This document shows positions 50,564-60,819 of a stretch of 64,000 nt of DNA, piece by piece. The DNA is from an uncultured delta proteobacterium (GTDB lineage Bacteria > Desulfobacterota > Desulfobacteria > Desulfobacterales > QNYZ01): the NCBI GenBank assembly GCA_963845145.1, contig CAWJQU010000013.1:155980-219979 (forward strand). The letters are read 5' to 3'. Positions within the stretch are counted from its first letter, which is position 1, and each line of letters opens with the position of its first letter. A program made the position numbers and the translations under genes. The notes beneath the pieces were generated by a model, which did not search any database, was not told the DNA's origin, and saw only the letters and a list, made by a program, of their open reading frames with translations.

Positions 50564-52120
50564 ATGGACGAAAAGATACGGCCGCATGTGCTGTTGATCC
50601 TGGATGGGTGGGGGTTGCGGAAGGACGCCCAAAACAATGCCGTTAAATTGGCCCACACACCTTTCATGGACAAGTTGGTGGCCACCTGGCCCCACACCCG
50701 GTTACGGTGTTCCGGCGAGTCGGTAGGGTTACCGCCCGGCGTGATGGGAAACTCCGAAGTCGGCCACATGAACATCGGGGCCGGTCGGGTGGTGTATCAG
50801 GACCTGTTGCGAATCAACCAGGCCATTGCCGACGAATCATTTGGAAACATTGAGGCCTTTGGTCGGGTAATCGAGCGGGTATTAAAAAATGACAGTGCCC
50901 TGCATTTGATGGGCCTTTTGTCCGATGGTGGGGTCCACAGTCATATGGATCACCTGTATGCGCTGTTGTCTTTGGCCAAAAAGCGGGGCCTTAAACAGGT
51001 TTTTGTGCATGCCATTTTGGACGGTCGTGATACGCCGCCTAAAAGTGGGGTTGACTATATTCGCCAATTGCAAACATTTCTCGATCAAACGGAATTTGGC
51101 GCGATCGGTTCCATTTGCGGGCGTTATTACGCCATGGATCGGGATACACGTTGGGACCGGGTAGAACGTGCCTATCGGCTTTATACCCAAGGCGAGGGAA
51201 GTCTTGAAGCGGATCCCGTGGCAGCGGTTGAAAACGCCTATGCGCGCAATGAAAATGACGAGTTTGTAAAACCGATTCTCATTCGTACCGGTGCCGATCA
51301 GCATCCTGGGTTTATCACTGATGGCGATGGGCTAATCTTTTTTAATTTTCGGGCCGACCGGGCCCGGGAAATAACCCGGGCGTTTACCGACCCGGATTTT
51401 TCGTCTTTTGAGCGCAGACACTGCCCCAATTTTTGCGATTATGTCTGCATGACCCTTTACGATGCAGATTTTTCGTTACCCCTGGCCTTTCCGCCGGTTC
51501 ACCTGACCGATATCCTGGGTGAAGTCATCAGCCGCCATGGGCTTTATCAGCTGCGAATTGCCGAAACGGAAAAGTATGCCCACGTGACCTACTTTTTTAA
51601 CGGTGGTGAGGAGATCCCCTTTGACAAAGAGGATCGCTGCCTCATTCCTTCACCACGGCATGTGGAGACCTATGACGAGCTGCCTGCCATGAGCGCGGTG
51701 GCGTTGACCGATGAGGCCCTGAAAAGGCTCGATCAGGAACGTTATGCTTTTATTGTGTTGAATTTTGCCAATATGGATATGGTCGGACACACGGGGATTT
51801 TAAAAGCGGCGATTGAGGCGTGTGAAACCGTTGATACCTGTTTGGCCAGAATTATCGATCGTATCCTCGAATTAAATGGCACAGCCCTCATCACGGCCGA
51901 CCATGGCAATTCGGAAACCATGGTAGACGAAAACGGCGAGCCACATACGGCCCATACCCTGAATCCCGTCCGGTTGCTGTTGGTGGATGACGCGTTGAAA
52001 AATGCGCAGTTGCAGGAAGGCGTCCTCGGTGACATTGCCCCCACCATTCTTGATATCATGGGCATTGATCCTCCGGCGCAAATGACCGGGCACTCCTTAA
52101 TCCTGAGCAGAGGCAATTGA
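50564..52120 (+). CDS. gpmI: 2,3-bisphosphoglycerate-independent phosphoglycerate mutase
   Basis: ILDGWG, MGNSEVGH, DGRDT, AETEKYAHVT, DMVGHTG, TADHGN. Confidence 0.98.
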   Translation: MDEKIRPHVLLILDGWGLRKDAQNNAVKLAHTPFMDKLVATWPHTRLRCSGESVGLPPGVMGNSEVGHMNIGAGRVVYQDLLRINQAIADESFGNIEAFGRVIERVLKNDSALHLMGLLSDGGVHSHMDHLYALLSLAKKRGLKQVFVHAILDGRDTPPKSGVDYIRQLQTFLDQTEFGAIGSICGRYYAMDRDTRWDRVERAYRLYTQGEGSLEADPVAAVENAYARNENDEFVKPILIRTGADQHPGFITDGDGLIFFNFRADRAREITRAFTDPDFSSFERRHCPNFCDYVCMTLYDADFSLPLAFPPVHLTDILGEVISRHGLYQLRIAETEKYAHVTYFFNGGEEIPFDKEDRCLIPSPRHVETYDELPAMSAVALTDEALKRLDQERYAFIVLNFANMDMVGHTGILKAAIEACETVDTCLARIIDRILELNGTALITADHGNSETMVDENGEPHTAHTLNPVRLLLVDDALKNAQLQEGVLGDIAPTILDIMGIDPPAQMTGHSLILSRGN

Positions 52121-52133
52121 TCCAAAGCGACCG

Positions 52134-52198
52134 GTGAACCAGATGGACAAGCCAAATCGATAAACCAATTCGATAAACCAAGTCTACAAACCAGGTGG
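52134..52198. repeat. Five degenerate 13-bp tandem units (core AAACCA)
   Basis: GTGAACCAGATGG / ACAAGCCAAATCG / ATAAACCAATTCG / ATAAACCAAGTCT / ACAAACCAGGTGG. Confidence 0.7.
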
Positions 52199-52202
52199 TC
52201 AA

Positions 52203-52760
52203 ATGGGCAAGACAAACGCTATGAATACCGCTGAAACGATTACCGATTTTATTACCGGGCAGACGGTGCCCAATGTGGGCGCTGAAACCCATCGCCAACG
52301 GGTTGAGGAATTTTTAGTCAATCAAAAAAAATTTAACCCAACTGAAATTCACGTTAATTACCCCCTCACAGTCACGATTGGGAATGACACGTATCGGTCG
52401 TGCGTGGACCTGGTGATCCAAATTGATCAGCGGATGATTATGGCCATTAAATGCGCCGCCGGGTCATTGGGCTCCCGACAGCGGGAAATTTTATCGGCCG
52501 CCCGGTTGCTAACCGATTATCAGGTTCCCTTAAGCATTGTGTCCGATGGAGATACGGCGGTGGTACTGGATACGGTAAGCGGCAGTGAAATCGGAACCGG
52601 AATGGAAGCGATTCCCGACCGCAAGGTTGCTGAAAAATGGGTTTCCACGGCCAATTTTATGGCTTATCCCGAGGAGAAATGGGAGCGTGAAGCGATCATC
52701 TTCCGATCTTATGATGCGATGAACGTTAATGTGATGAATGAATCCGGTGGCCGGCCGTGA
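52203..52760 (+). CDS. HsdR N-terminal-like domain protein (stand-alone)
   Basis: E..RQ.VE.FLV..K.F...I.V, D.V..., IKC; PD-(D/E)xK-like pattern. Confidence 0.65.
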   Translation: MGKTNAMNTAETITDFITGQTVPNVGAETHRQRVEEFLVNQKKFNPTEIHVNYPLTVTIGNDTYRSCVDLVIQIDQRMIMAIKCAAGSLGSRQREILSAARLLTDYQVPLSIVSDGDTAVVLDTVSGSEIGTGMEAIPDRKVAEKWVSTANFMAYPEEKWEREAIIFRSYDAMNVNVMNESGGRP

Positions 52761-53383
52761 GTACTGATCAATTGTCCCAAGGACATCTAATCGTGATCGA
52801 AGGCATCGATGGGGCCGGTAAAACCACCCAGGCGAAGATGCTTTTCGACGATCTGTGTGGCCGCCACATCGGGGCTGTCTTCTCCCGGGAGCCCACGGAT
52901 AGTGAATACGGTCGGAAAATTCGTGCCCTGGCCATAAAAGGCAGAGATTCAATACCACCGGAGGAAGAGTACCGCCTGTTCATTGAGGACCGAAAACTGC
53001 ATGTGGCTGACCTGATTAATCCGGCCCTTGAAGCTGGGAAAGTGGTGATTTTGGATCGCTATTACTTTTCCACCATGGCCTATCAGGGGGCCCTGGGGCT
53101 TGATCCTCAAAAAATTCGGGCTGACAATGAGGCCTTTTGTCCCGCGCCTGATCTGGCGGTATTTATCGACATTCCGGTTAAGATCGGCCTCGACCGCATA
53201 AAGATCCATCGCAAGGGCGTGCCTGATCTGTTTGAAAAAGAAGAATATTTAAAGCGGGTGGCCAAGATCTTTGCATCGTTAAGCGATACATCGATTCGTC
53301 GTATAGATGGTACCGGTGATCCCCAGGATATTCACCATGCTATTCGGGATCATGTCGATACCCTGCTTGGCCAAGGGCGCTGA
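52757..53383 (+). CDS. tmk: Thymidylate kinase
   Basis: EGIDGAGKTTQ, REP, DRY..STMAYQG. Confidence 0.95.
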   Translation: MSTDQLSQGHLIVIEGIDGAGKTTQAKMLFDDLCGRHIGAVFSREPTDSEYGRKIRALAIKGRDSIPPEEEYRLFIEDRKLHVADLINPALEAGKVVILDRYYFSTMAYQGALGLDPQKIRADNEAFCPAPDLAVFIDIPVKIGLDRIKIHRKGVPDLFEKEEYLKRVAKIFASLSDTSIRRIDGTGDPQDIHHAIRDHVDTLLGQGR

Positions 53384-53398
53384 ACACGGGGCCGATCA

Positions 53399-54361
53399 AT
53401 GGCGAAAAAAATCCATCATCCTGATCATCCTAATCCGCCTATACAAAAACTACAAAATAGTCCCCTAGGGTCGCACGTCCTCATTGCGGGGCTTCGCGGT
53501 CTGGGATCACTGATAAAAGCGTTGCCGCCGGTGATGTGGGGGCAACTGGCCAGTGTGTTGACCCCCCTGTTTTGGATACTTCTCGCCAAACATCGCCAAA
53601 GAACCTTAACAAACCTTATGGATACCGGCAGAAACCGAAGGCAGGCTTACCATATTGGCATGGCTTCTTTCAGATCGAACCTCCTGGTTCTCTTCGAGTC
53701 TTTGGCCATGGAACGAATCGTAAAAAGGCGAGGCGTGCAGGTGACGCATGCTATTTCGCCGGCAGCCGCAAAAAAATTCAAGCGGGTTAATAGCAGAAAA
53801 GAACTCATGGCCATTGCCGTTTCCGGGCATGTAGGTGTCTGGGAGTTGATGGGCGCGGAGGGTGCCCATTTGCTGGCCCCGGCTACCATAACCGCTTCCG
53901 CCCGTAACGTCAAAAATCCGATCCTAAATGAGTATCTTATCGGGTTAAGGAAAAGTTATGGCCTGAATCATATCGATAAAGAGGGTATCATTCGGTATAT
54001 TATCCAAATGCGTCGCAAGAAGGTGCAGCAGGTGTATGTGTTTTTGTGTGACCAACATTTCCGACGAGGCGAAAAATTATTTTTTATGAATAAAAAAGCG
54101 TGTACCGTCACCATGCCGGCTACCCTTGCCCTTAAATATCAATGCCCGATATTCATGGGAAGATGCCTTCGAAGGGCGCCTGGTGATTACAGCCTTGAGG
54201 TTGACCTTCTGGATACGGCCCCATACAACAATATGCCCCCGGAAGCGGCCGCACGATCCATCACGCAAAAGATCAACACCTATATTGAAGCCTCCATCGA
54301 AGCGGCCCCCGAACAGTGGACCTGGGCCCACCGGCGTTGGCGAGGTTGTTGTGAAGAATAA
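53399..54361 (+). CDS. Lipid A biosynthesis acyltransferase family (LpxL/HtrB-like)
   Basis: GHVGVWE (HxxxxE), DQ, PEQWTWAHRRW. Confidence 0.88.
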   Translation: MAKKIHHPDHPNPPIQKLQNSPLGSHVLIAGLRGLGSLIKALPPVMWGQLASVLTPLFWILLAKHRQRTLTNLMDTGRNRRQAYHIGMASFRSNLLVLFESLAMERIVKRRGVQVTHAISPAAAKKFKRVNSRKELMAIAVSGHVGVWELMGAEGAHLLAPATITASARNVKNPILNEYLIGLRKSYGLNHIDKEGIIRYIIQMRRKKVQQVYVFLCDQHFRRGEKLFFMNKKACTVTMPATLALKYQCPIFMGRCLRRAPGDYSLEVDLLDTAPYNNMPPEAAARSITQKINTYIEASIEAAPEQWTWAHRRWRGCCEE

Positions 54362-54402
54362 CCATCCGTCGAGGCACCCCTTGTGGGTGCCCGGACGGTT
54401 TC
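54360..54402. terminator. Hairpin between convergent genes (REP-like core)
   Basis: AACCATCC...GGCACCC-CTTGT-GGGTGCC...GGACGGTT. Confidence 0.5.
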
Positions 54403-54427
54403 GAGAAAAATGCGATTATCCTGTATT

Positions 54428-54769
54428 TTATTTCGGCACCCACAAAACCTGGCGGGGTTTTTTCTTTAAATCCTCAGCCAGTTCATCAATGGTACCGTAT
54501 TTCATACACCCGGACATACAGTGTTTGACACAAGCCGGTTCCAGGCCCTTCTTTGTCCGGGGTTTACACAATACGCAAAGCTCCGTGGGAAACGGTAAAT
54601 AGGTAAGATAGGCTTTATCTTTGGGCAAAGCCTGAAGGATTTCCTGAACACGGATGCCCCCCATTCCCGGTTCCCAGTTATATTCCTGGGCGCAGGCGAT
54701 CTGGCAAGTAAAACAACCCGTACAATATTCATAGTCAATCAGAAGGCCGAACTCGGGTTTTTTAGCCAT
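54428..54769 (-). CDS. Small Fe-S subunit of molybdopterin oxidoreductase
   Basis: CTGCFTCQIAC, CVLC...PACVKHC; overlaps the large-subunit stop. Confidence 0.88.
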   Translation of the reverse strand: MAKKPEFGLLIDYEYCTGCFTCQIACAQEYNWEPGMGGIRVQEILQALPKDKAYLTYLPFPTELCVLCKPRTKKGLEPACVKHCMSGCMKYGTIDELAEDLKKKPRQVLWVPK

Positions 54770-57230
54770 GGGTCACCTCCCCGGGAGAATATTTGTATAT
54801 TTTGCACATCAGGTGTTTGATGGGTGCTCCCATACCGTCTTTTCCCTGGTGGCTCATGGGTATCAACCGGTTGATATTGGATTCCATGGCGCCGAACAGG
54901 GAGGGTTCCGCCGCTTTTTTCTCAGGAAACCACCAACCGTGGGCCGCCATAATCATCCATCTGGGTACCACCGGCGTGATTTTTGCCTTGAATTTGACGC
55001 GTCCCATCCAGTTTTCAATCCAGATCCACTCGCCGTTGCCGATGCCGTGTTCACGGGCGGTCTGGGGGTGGATTTCCACTACCGGATCCGGATCGATTTC
55101 CCGCAGCCATGGGATGTTGCGGTGTTCCGAGTGAAAAAAGGCCGGCGAGCGCCGCCCGGTGGATAAAATCAGCGGGTATTGTTCGGCCAGGTCTGGTCGG
55201 CTCACCGGAGTGAAAGGCGGTTCTTCGTGATGCGGCAAGGGCTCCAGATCCCAGTCTTCCCTGAGCGTGGCCCACAATTCAAACCGTCCGGTAGGGGTTC
55301 TGAATCCTGGTTTTTCATCAGCGCGTAGCAAACCCTTTTCATGACGTCGATAGGGGCGGCTACTGCTACCTTCGGGAGGAAAGGCCCAGCCTTTTTCCTG
55401 AAGTTCTTTAAAGGACATGCCGGACGGTTCCAGGATATTATCGAACAGGTCGTTCAGGTCTTTAAATTTAAAATCAGGATCGAACCGTTTGGCCAGTTCA
55501 AAGTTGATTTCCGCATCGGATTTGCATTCAGGCGTGCTCATCGCCTTGTTTATGGTTTGCAACGGCACCCACCAGCTGCGAAAACTATCCTTTTCCAGAA
55601 AGGTTCCTGTAGGCAGGACAATGTCGGCGTATTGGGTGGTGGGGGTATGAAAAATATCCACGGCAACAATGAAATCGAGCTTTTTCAAGGCCGCCCGCCA
55701 ACGTTCGGGATCCATGCCAAGCCCTTGCATCACCCCGGCCGTTTGCAACCAGAGACCTTTAATAGGGTAGGGATCATCTGTGAAAATTTGCTCAAAGGCC
55801 AGATCTGTCGCGGCACGCCAATAGAATTTATTTAACGGCATGTAACGATCTTTGCCGATCCGGCACTCATCCAGCTTTTCAGACTTCAGGCGAATGGCGC
55901 CTTTGCTGCCCGGAAGCGCATAAGGCGCCACATCGAAAGCCAGGCGGGCTGTGACATTACCGCCGGGAACGTCCAGATTCCCGGTAAGCGCCCATAAACA
56001 GGAGATAGCCTGTACCAGCGGGGTAAGGGCCGGGGTCATATCCACCGCCACGCCCCAATGGATGGAGGCCGGCTTGCTTTTGGCATAAAACCGGGCAGCG
56101 GCGGCGATATCTTTGGCCGGAACACCGGTAATCTTTTCCACTTCGTCCAATGGGTATTTGTTGACTTCAGCCTTGAAGGCATCCCACACGGTGTGGCAGA
56201 TAACCGTTTGGCCGTTGGCCAGCTTAAGTTTACAGTCCCCTGAAATCATCGGGGTGACATCTTTTTCTCTCAAGCCCACATCGATGGTGTCCCAGATAAC
56301 GGGTTCAGCGTTGGCAGGATTCCAGACCACATAATTTTCCTTGGAACCGCCGGATGTCATATCGCTTTCGCGAAGGGTTTTTTGGGTATCTTTTCGGACC
56401 AGATGATGCCCGTTGGTCCATTGGGTCAGGAATTTTTCATCGTACAGCTTTTCTTTAATGATTACATAATGAAAGCCCATGGCCAGGGCGGCGTCGGTAC
56501 CCGGCCGGATCTGAAGCCAGTGCTTGGAACGAGACGCAAACCAGGAGAGGCGGGGGTCGACACAGATGATTTTGGTCCCCTTTTTCATCAAGTCGATAAT
56601 CCAGTGGCCGAAAAGGTTATCCGGGCAGGTGGCGTGGATGTTATATCCCCAGATGATCATGCATTCGGGCACTTCAAACTCGGGATTGTCGTAGCGATCA
56701 GGAAACCATTGCCCGGCATCGAACACCGCGTAATCGCCCTGGACCGTATCCACTGCTGCCAGGCGCGGGCCGTAGCAGGCGTTGCCCGTTAAAGCGAACA
56801 TGACATTGGGACTGTCAAAAGCATAGGCCAGCATGCAGATCCAGGGATAAATATCCCTGCCGGTGCCGGCGGCGAAAACCATGCTCTCCGGGCCGAAATC
56901 CTTTCGAATGGCGTTCATCCGTTGCTCAATCAGATCAAAGGCCGTATCCCAGCTGATCTCTTCCCACTTGCCTTCGCCCCGGGCGCCCACGCGTTTTAAG
57001 GGGCGGCGCAAGCGGTCTTTGTGGTCGGCATACTGGGTCATGGCCAGAACACGCGCACAGAGCCGTCCCTCATTCCAGGGGTGGTCCGGGTCCCCTTCGA
57101 TTTTTACCAACTTTCCGTCTTTGATATGCGCCTGCAGACCGCATCCGCCGTGACATCCCGGCCCGGCAGACCAGCTCGTCGTGCGCACAATTTTGGTTTC
57201 GCTTTTTCCCATGATATTCTCCGTTTGCAT
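54762..57230 (-). CDS. Cytoplasmic Mo/W-bisPGD oxidoreductase, acetylene-hydratase-like subfamily
   Basis: GCHGGC...LC, RLRRPLKRVG, WEEISWD, RPGTDAAL, ADIVLP, FHSEHR; no Tat signal. Confidence 0.9.
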   Translation of the reverse strand: MQTENIMGKSETKIVRTTSWSAGPGCHGGCGLQAHIKDGKLVKIEGDPDHPWNEGRLCARVLAMTQYADHKDRLRRPLKRVGARGEGKWEEISWDTAFDLIEQRMNAIRKDFGPESMVFAAGTGRDIYPWICMLAYAFDSPNVMFALTGNACYGPRLAAVDTVQGDYAVFDAGQWFPDRYDNPEFEVPECMIIWGYNIHATCPDNLFGHWIIDLMKKGTKIICVDPRLSWFASRSKHWLQIRPGTDAALAMGFHYVIIKEKLYDEKFLTQWTNGHHLVRKDTQKTLRESDMTSGGSKENYVVWNPANAEPVIWDTIDVGLREKDVTPMISGDCKLKLANGQTVICHTVWDAFKAEVNKYPLDEVEKITGVPAKDIAAAARFYAKSKPASIHWGVAVDMTPALTPLVQAISCLWALTGNLDVPGGNVTARLAFDVAPYALPGSKGAIRLKSEKLDECRIGKDRYMPLNKFYWRAATDLAFEQIFTDDPYPIKGLWLQTAGVMQGLGMDPERWRAALKKLDFIVAVDIFHTPTTQYADIVLPTGTFLEKDSFRSWWVPLQTINKAMSTPECKSDAEINFELAKRFDPDFKFKDLNDLFDNILEPSGMSFKELQEKGWAFPPEGSSSRPYRRHEKGLLRADEKPGFRTPTGRFELWATLREDWDLEPLPHHEEPPFTPVSRPDLAEQYPLILSTGRRSPAFFHSEHRNIPWLREIDPDPVVEIHPQTAREHGIGNGEWIWIENWMGRVKFKAKITPVVPRWMIMAAHGWWFPEKKAAEPSLFGAMESNINRLIPMSHQGKDGMGAPIKHLMCKIYKYSPGEVTHG

Positions 57231-57332
57231 GATCGACTCAGATCATCCACACCTGGGTGTTGCCGTTCGGATGTTTATTCGGGTTATTTCAACTCTATTT
57301 CAAACAAATTGGCCCATTTCAAACCAATCTAT

Positions 57333-57343
57333 TGGTCAGACCA
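57333..57343. promoter_or_regulatory. FadR/GntR-type operator 1 (TGGTCAGACCA)
   Basis: Palindrome matching the FadR-subfamily TGGT-N3-ACCA consensus, upstream of the Mo enzyme. Confidence 0.8.
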
Positions 57344-57476
57344 GATATAGCAAGGAGATATGGCGATGTCAATGAATAAGCACGACGCACAACCTCGTTT
57401 TTTCGGTTTATTATAATATCTTGGTATGATATGTAGGAGACGGACAACGGGATCTATCGATTTAGTTTCAAATAAT

Positions 57477-57487
57477 TGGTCTGACCA
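57477..57487. promoter_or_regulatory. FadR/GntR-type operator 2 (TGGTCTGACCA)
   Basis: Second copy, upstream of the regulator gene. Confidence 0.8.
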
Positions 57488-57540
57488 GTAAAGCAATCAT
57501 TGTCATGGTGAGAGACTAATAAAAGAGGCCAATATCAGCT

Positions 57541-58241
57541 ATGAGCGAAACATTTCACATCATTACCCCCCTGAAAGTACCCGATGAGATCGTGCGACAC
57601 ATAAAATCGATGATTAAAAAAGGGCAATTGATCCCGGGCGAGAAATTGCCGGCGGAGCGCACCCTTGCGAGGCTTTTCGGTGTGGGGCGATCAACGTTGA
57701 GAGAGGCCATGAATACACTTTCCACGCTGGGTTTTATCGAAATCAAGGAACGGAAGGGCGCTTTTGTGAAAAGTTTGGGGGCGGCCGTTATTCCCGACAC
57801 TGTCTCTCAAATACTGGATGGGGATCATCAAAAGTAAAAGACCTGTATGATTTGCGCATGGATCTTGAGGTGGCAGGTGTATTTATGGCCGCCAGGCACA
57901 GGACAACGGAAGATCTACGGATCATGGATGGGTTGCTGGCGCATATGGAATCTCAGATCAGTGCACCGCGACTGGGCATTGAAGAGGACATTCGGTTTCA
58001 TTTGGCCATTGCACGGGCAAGTGGGAATATTTTACGATTTCATGTGCTGGAAAATCTTTTAACCCGTTATGGCCATTATATCGATGTGGCCCGCCGGCGC
58101 TTTTTTAAAGGTCGGGCGCACAATAAATCCATCTGCACGCACCATCGGAAAATCTTTTCAGCCATCGAAATGAAAGCGCCGGAAGTTGCCCGGAAGGCCA
58201 TGGTAGACCACTTATCGATGGTGGCTGCCCAATGGGACTAA
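57541..58241 (+). pseudogene. FadR/GntR family regulator split by a 1-nt deletion near 57829-57840 (real or sequencing error)
   Basis: wHTH (LPAER.LA..FGVGRSTLREA) in 57541-57837 and FCD domain (DI.FH.AIARASGN...H..I..AI) in another frame. Adding one A in CAAAAGTAAAAG joins them. Confidence 0.88.
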
Positions 58242-58258
58242 ATCAATTCAAAATGGAG

Positions 58259-58423
58259 TGTAACGCGGCACGTAAAATAAGAAATTTGGCATTTGAAATC
58301 AGAAATTTCAGTGGCCAAATTGAATAAACGCAAAAAACCTGTCCGAGTCGATGAAGCCGTCTCAACAGGCTTTATTTTGCTAGTTTTATTCGCTAAAAAA
58401 TTGGTGATGAATAGCTCCTTTCC
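58259..58423 (-). mobile_element. Possible end of a transposable phage/transposon remnant, with a degenerate methylase 3' end
   Basis: Starts TGTAACGCGGCAC, carries repeated GAAATTT boxes, marks the onset of AT-rich DNA; minus-strand GKELFITNF remnant. Confidence 0.4.
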
Positions 58424-59532
58424 AGACCCGTTAATTTATCACTGTTTAGCCCATTTTGATTATTTTAGCACATCAGCATATTTACAGGTCTTTGATATTT
58501 ACAACATTGTTGGAGATATTAGGGGTCAAACCAGGATCGCTTTCGCGATATATGAAAGCTTTGCCGTGACTACCATTTTTTTTTAGTAGTCAGTGTTAGA
58601 TTCTATCAGGACCAATGTAAGTCTACCAACAACCTTGTGGATGATTCCACATTCTACGCTTAATTTCCCTTCCCCATGAGGCATATTTATCCAATTCACC
58701 CAACGTCAATGGACGTTGTATGTGCCTATTTGTTCCGTTGAAGTGAACAACAATTTCATATTTTTCAGAACTGTGTTTGATACCTGCTACGGTGTGCCAA
58801 TCATTGCAGCTTTTAGGCCCCCAATACACACTACGAACAAAAGACTTATACCCAGCTTTCTTCAATAAATAAGCACCAAAATCAGCTAAAGCAGTGCAAT
58901 TTCCATAACCCCTCTTAAAGGTTATGAATGGCCCAGGAAAATCTCCCAATCGATACTTAAAATTATTATTGACGTTACGACGTCGAAATCTTTCCATCTG
59001 CCTTTATTAGCTCTTTTCTTGGCATTTTTGATTGTTCGCTTTGCTGACCGTGTAAACATACTTGGATGATTCTCCGCATCGTATAGTATCTTTCTAACTG
59101 TAGCCTCATCATAATTTGAAAAGTATACCGAATACATTTTACGCTGTGTTTCACTCTTTAAACCTTGAATTATTTCCTGCTTATCATCATCATTAAATAG
59201 CGTTTTCCAATCTTTCTCAAGTGTCCAGGCTTTATCAAGTAAACGGTCTAATGAATATTCATCAACAATATCTGACTGAAGTTTCCCATCCTGCGAAAGC
59301 CAGAAAAGTGCCTGTAATGGCGTACAATATTTTCTAATCTCGGGTAAACCAACTTCATACATCTCCTTAAAGGTCATATCGAATGCTTCTTTATTTTCCT
59401 CGTAAATTTGAATCATTTGTTTTAAAGCTTTAGCTTCAGTTTCAGATATTCCGTCATATATTTCTGGTATTTTACCAATCTCTTTTGCAAGCAAGGGGTT
59501 TTTATCAACTAATAGATTAAAAGAGTCTGGAT

Positions 59533-60819
59533 CACTACTGTCCGGTTATAAGTCGTTGATAAATAAAGGCAATTGTCTGTGGTTTGGCACAATGAGTGGT
59601 GGGGACGGATCATCGAAAATACCCCAAATACTTCTTGTGTCAAATAGATTCAGACGGATCAGTCGCAGTATCTCTTTAAGACTTTGATCGAATTTAGCGG
59701 TAAATTTTAAATAAGCAAGTAGCAACATGGCGATCAGAGCTACCCAAACCTGCGTCATGACGGCATTTTTACCGGTTCCAAGGAAGCGCTTAATCTTGAG
59801 ATTCTGCTTGATCCATTTAAAAAAAAGCTCCACCTGCCAACGGTCTTTATAGATATCGGCAATTGTACGGGCTGAAAGATCAAAGTTGTTGGTAATGAAA
59901 ACATAGTGTTTGCCTGTATGCGGATCACGATAACCGATTTTACGAAGTTCAATAGGACAAAGCTCTTTACCCTTTTTACTGGTAAAACGAATTGTTTGGT
60001 CCGAGGTAAGGCCCTTGTTTTTAAGAACCTGGCGTCGATCAACGATTGTGTGCTTGAGCCTTCGTTTCATTCGGGTCACAAAGTAAAGATGTTGCTTGGT
60101 TAATTGATTAAACAAAGAGAAATCAACGTAGCCTCGATCCATGGCGACAATTGAATTCGAAGGAAGCGTTAACAAGGCCACAGCTGCCTGAATATCATGT
60201 ACTTTTGCTTCGGTAATATTGACAAAACAAGGCAGATATCCATCATGGTCAACCAGGGTATGCAATTTTACCCCGGCCTTGGTCTTTCTAAATGAAGCCC
60301 AGGGGAATAACTTCAGGCATAGATCAACGGTGGATGAGTCAAACGAATAGAGTTTGTTTTTGAACCGAAACCGATGCCCAGGAGCTAATGCGGCACATCT
60401 TTGATATTGTCGATCAAACATTTTTTCGAAAAACCCGGCATCACGGCTGTTATTAGCATCTGAAAGCGTTGATCTTTTAACAGGCTTTAATCCTAAATGA
60501 TAAAGCTTCTTGGTGTTATAAGCCATTTGGCCGGCCAGGTCTCTCAAACTGCGTTGGCCGGTAAGTTGGGCAAAGAGCATGGAACAAAACTGTCCCCAGC
60601 GGTCAAGGCGGCGATACTTTCGTTTAGGCTTAAATCCATCCTTTTCGATCTGCTTGAAATCATGTCTTGGAACAAATTGTAGCATCTGATGAAAGATTGT
60701 GTTACTATGAGCCATGGCCTAAATCTCCTCTGTGATTACAATTGGTTGCGACCCATATTGTATATCACAAAAGTAGATTTAGGCCTACTTCTTTCTACGT
60801 TTTTAACCGGACAGTAGTG
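59533..60819 (-). mobile_element. IS4-family insertion sequence
   Basis: 16-bp perfect TIRs CACTACTGTCCGGTTA / TAACCGGACAGTAGTG; flanks AGTCTGGAT (59524-59532) / AGTTCTGGAT (60820-60829). Confidence 0.95.
59546..60715 (-). CDS. IS4 family transposase (DUF4372 + DDE)
   Basis: RSTLSDAN, DSSTVDL, GVKLH, DRGY, Y..RWQVELFFKWIKQNL (YREK signature). Confidence 0.95.
   Translation of the reverse strand: MAHSNTIFHQMLQFVPRHDFKQIEKDGFKPKRKYRRLDRWGQFCSMLFAQLTGQRSLRDLAGQMAYNTKKLYHLGLKPVKRSTLSDANNSRDAGFFEKMFDRQYQRCAALAPGHRFRFKNKLYSFDSSTVDLCLKLFPWASFRKTKAGVKLHTLVDHDGYLPCFVNITEAKVHDIQAAVALLTLPSNSIVAMDRGYVDFSLFNQLTKQHLYFVTRMKRRLKHTIVDRRQVLKNKGLTSDQTIRFTSKKGKELCPIELRKIGYRDPHTGKHYVFITNNFDLSARTIADIYKDRWQVELFFKWIKQNLKIKRFLGTGKNAVMTQVWVALIAMLLLAYLKFTAKFDQSLKEILRLIRLNLFDTRSIWGIFDDPSPPLIVPNHRQLPLFINDL

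Noticed and set aside
52134..52198. CRISPR array
   Set aside because: Units are 13 bp, degenerate and lack spacers; no cas genes.
52203..52760. Type I restriction-modification system
   Set aside because: Only a small HsdR_N-like domain inside a housekeeping operon; no hsdM, hsdS or helicase.
719..57375. Numerous short antisense or out-of-frame ORFs in the ORF track
   Set aside because: They overlap well-supported genes and have no recognisable motifs.
58293..58586. 97-aa + strand ORF
   Set aside because: No RBS or motif; it overlaps the minus-strand methylase remnant and the putative element end.
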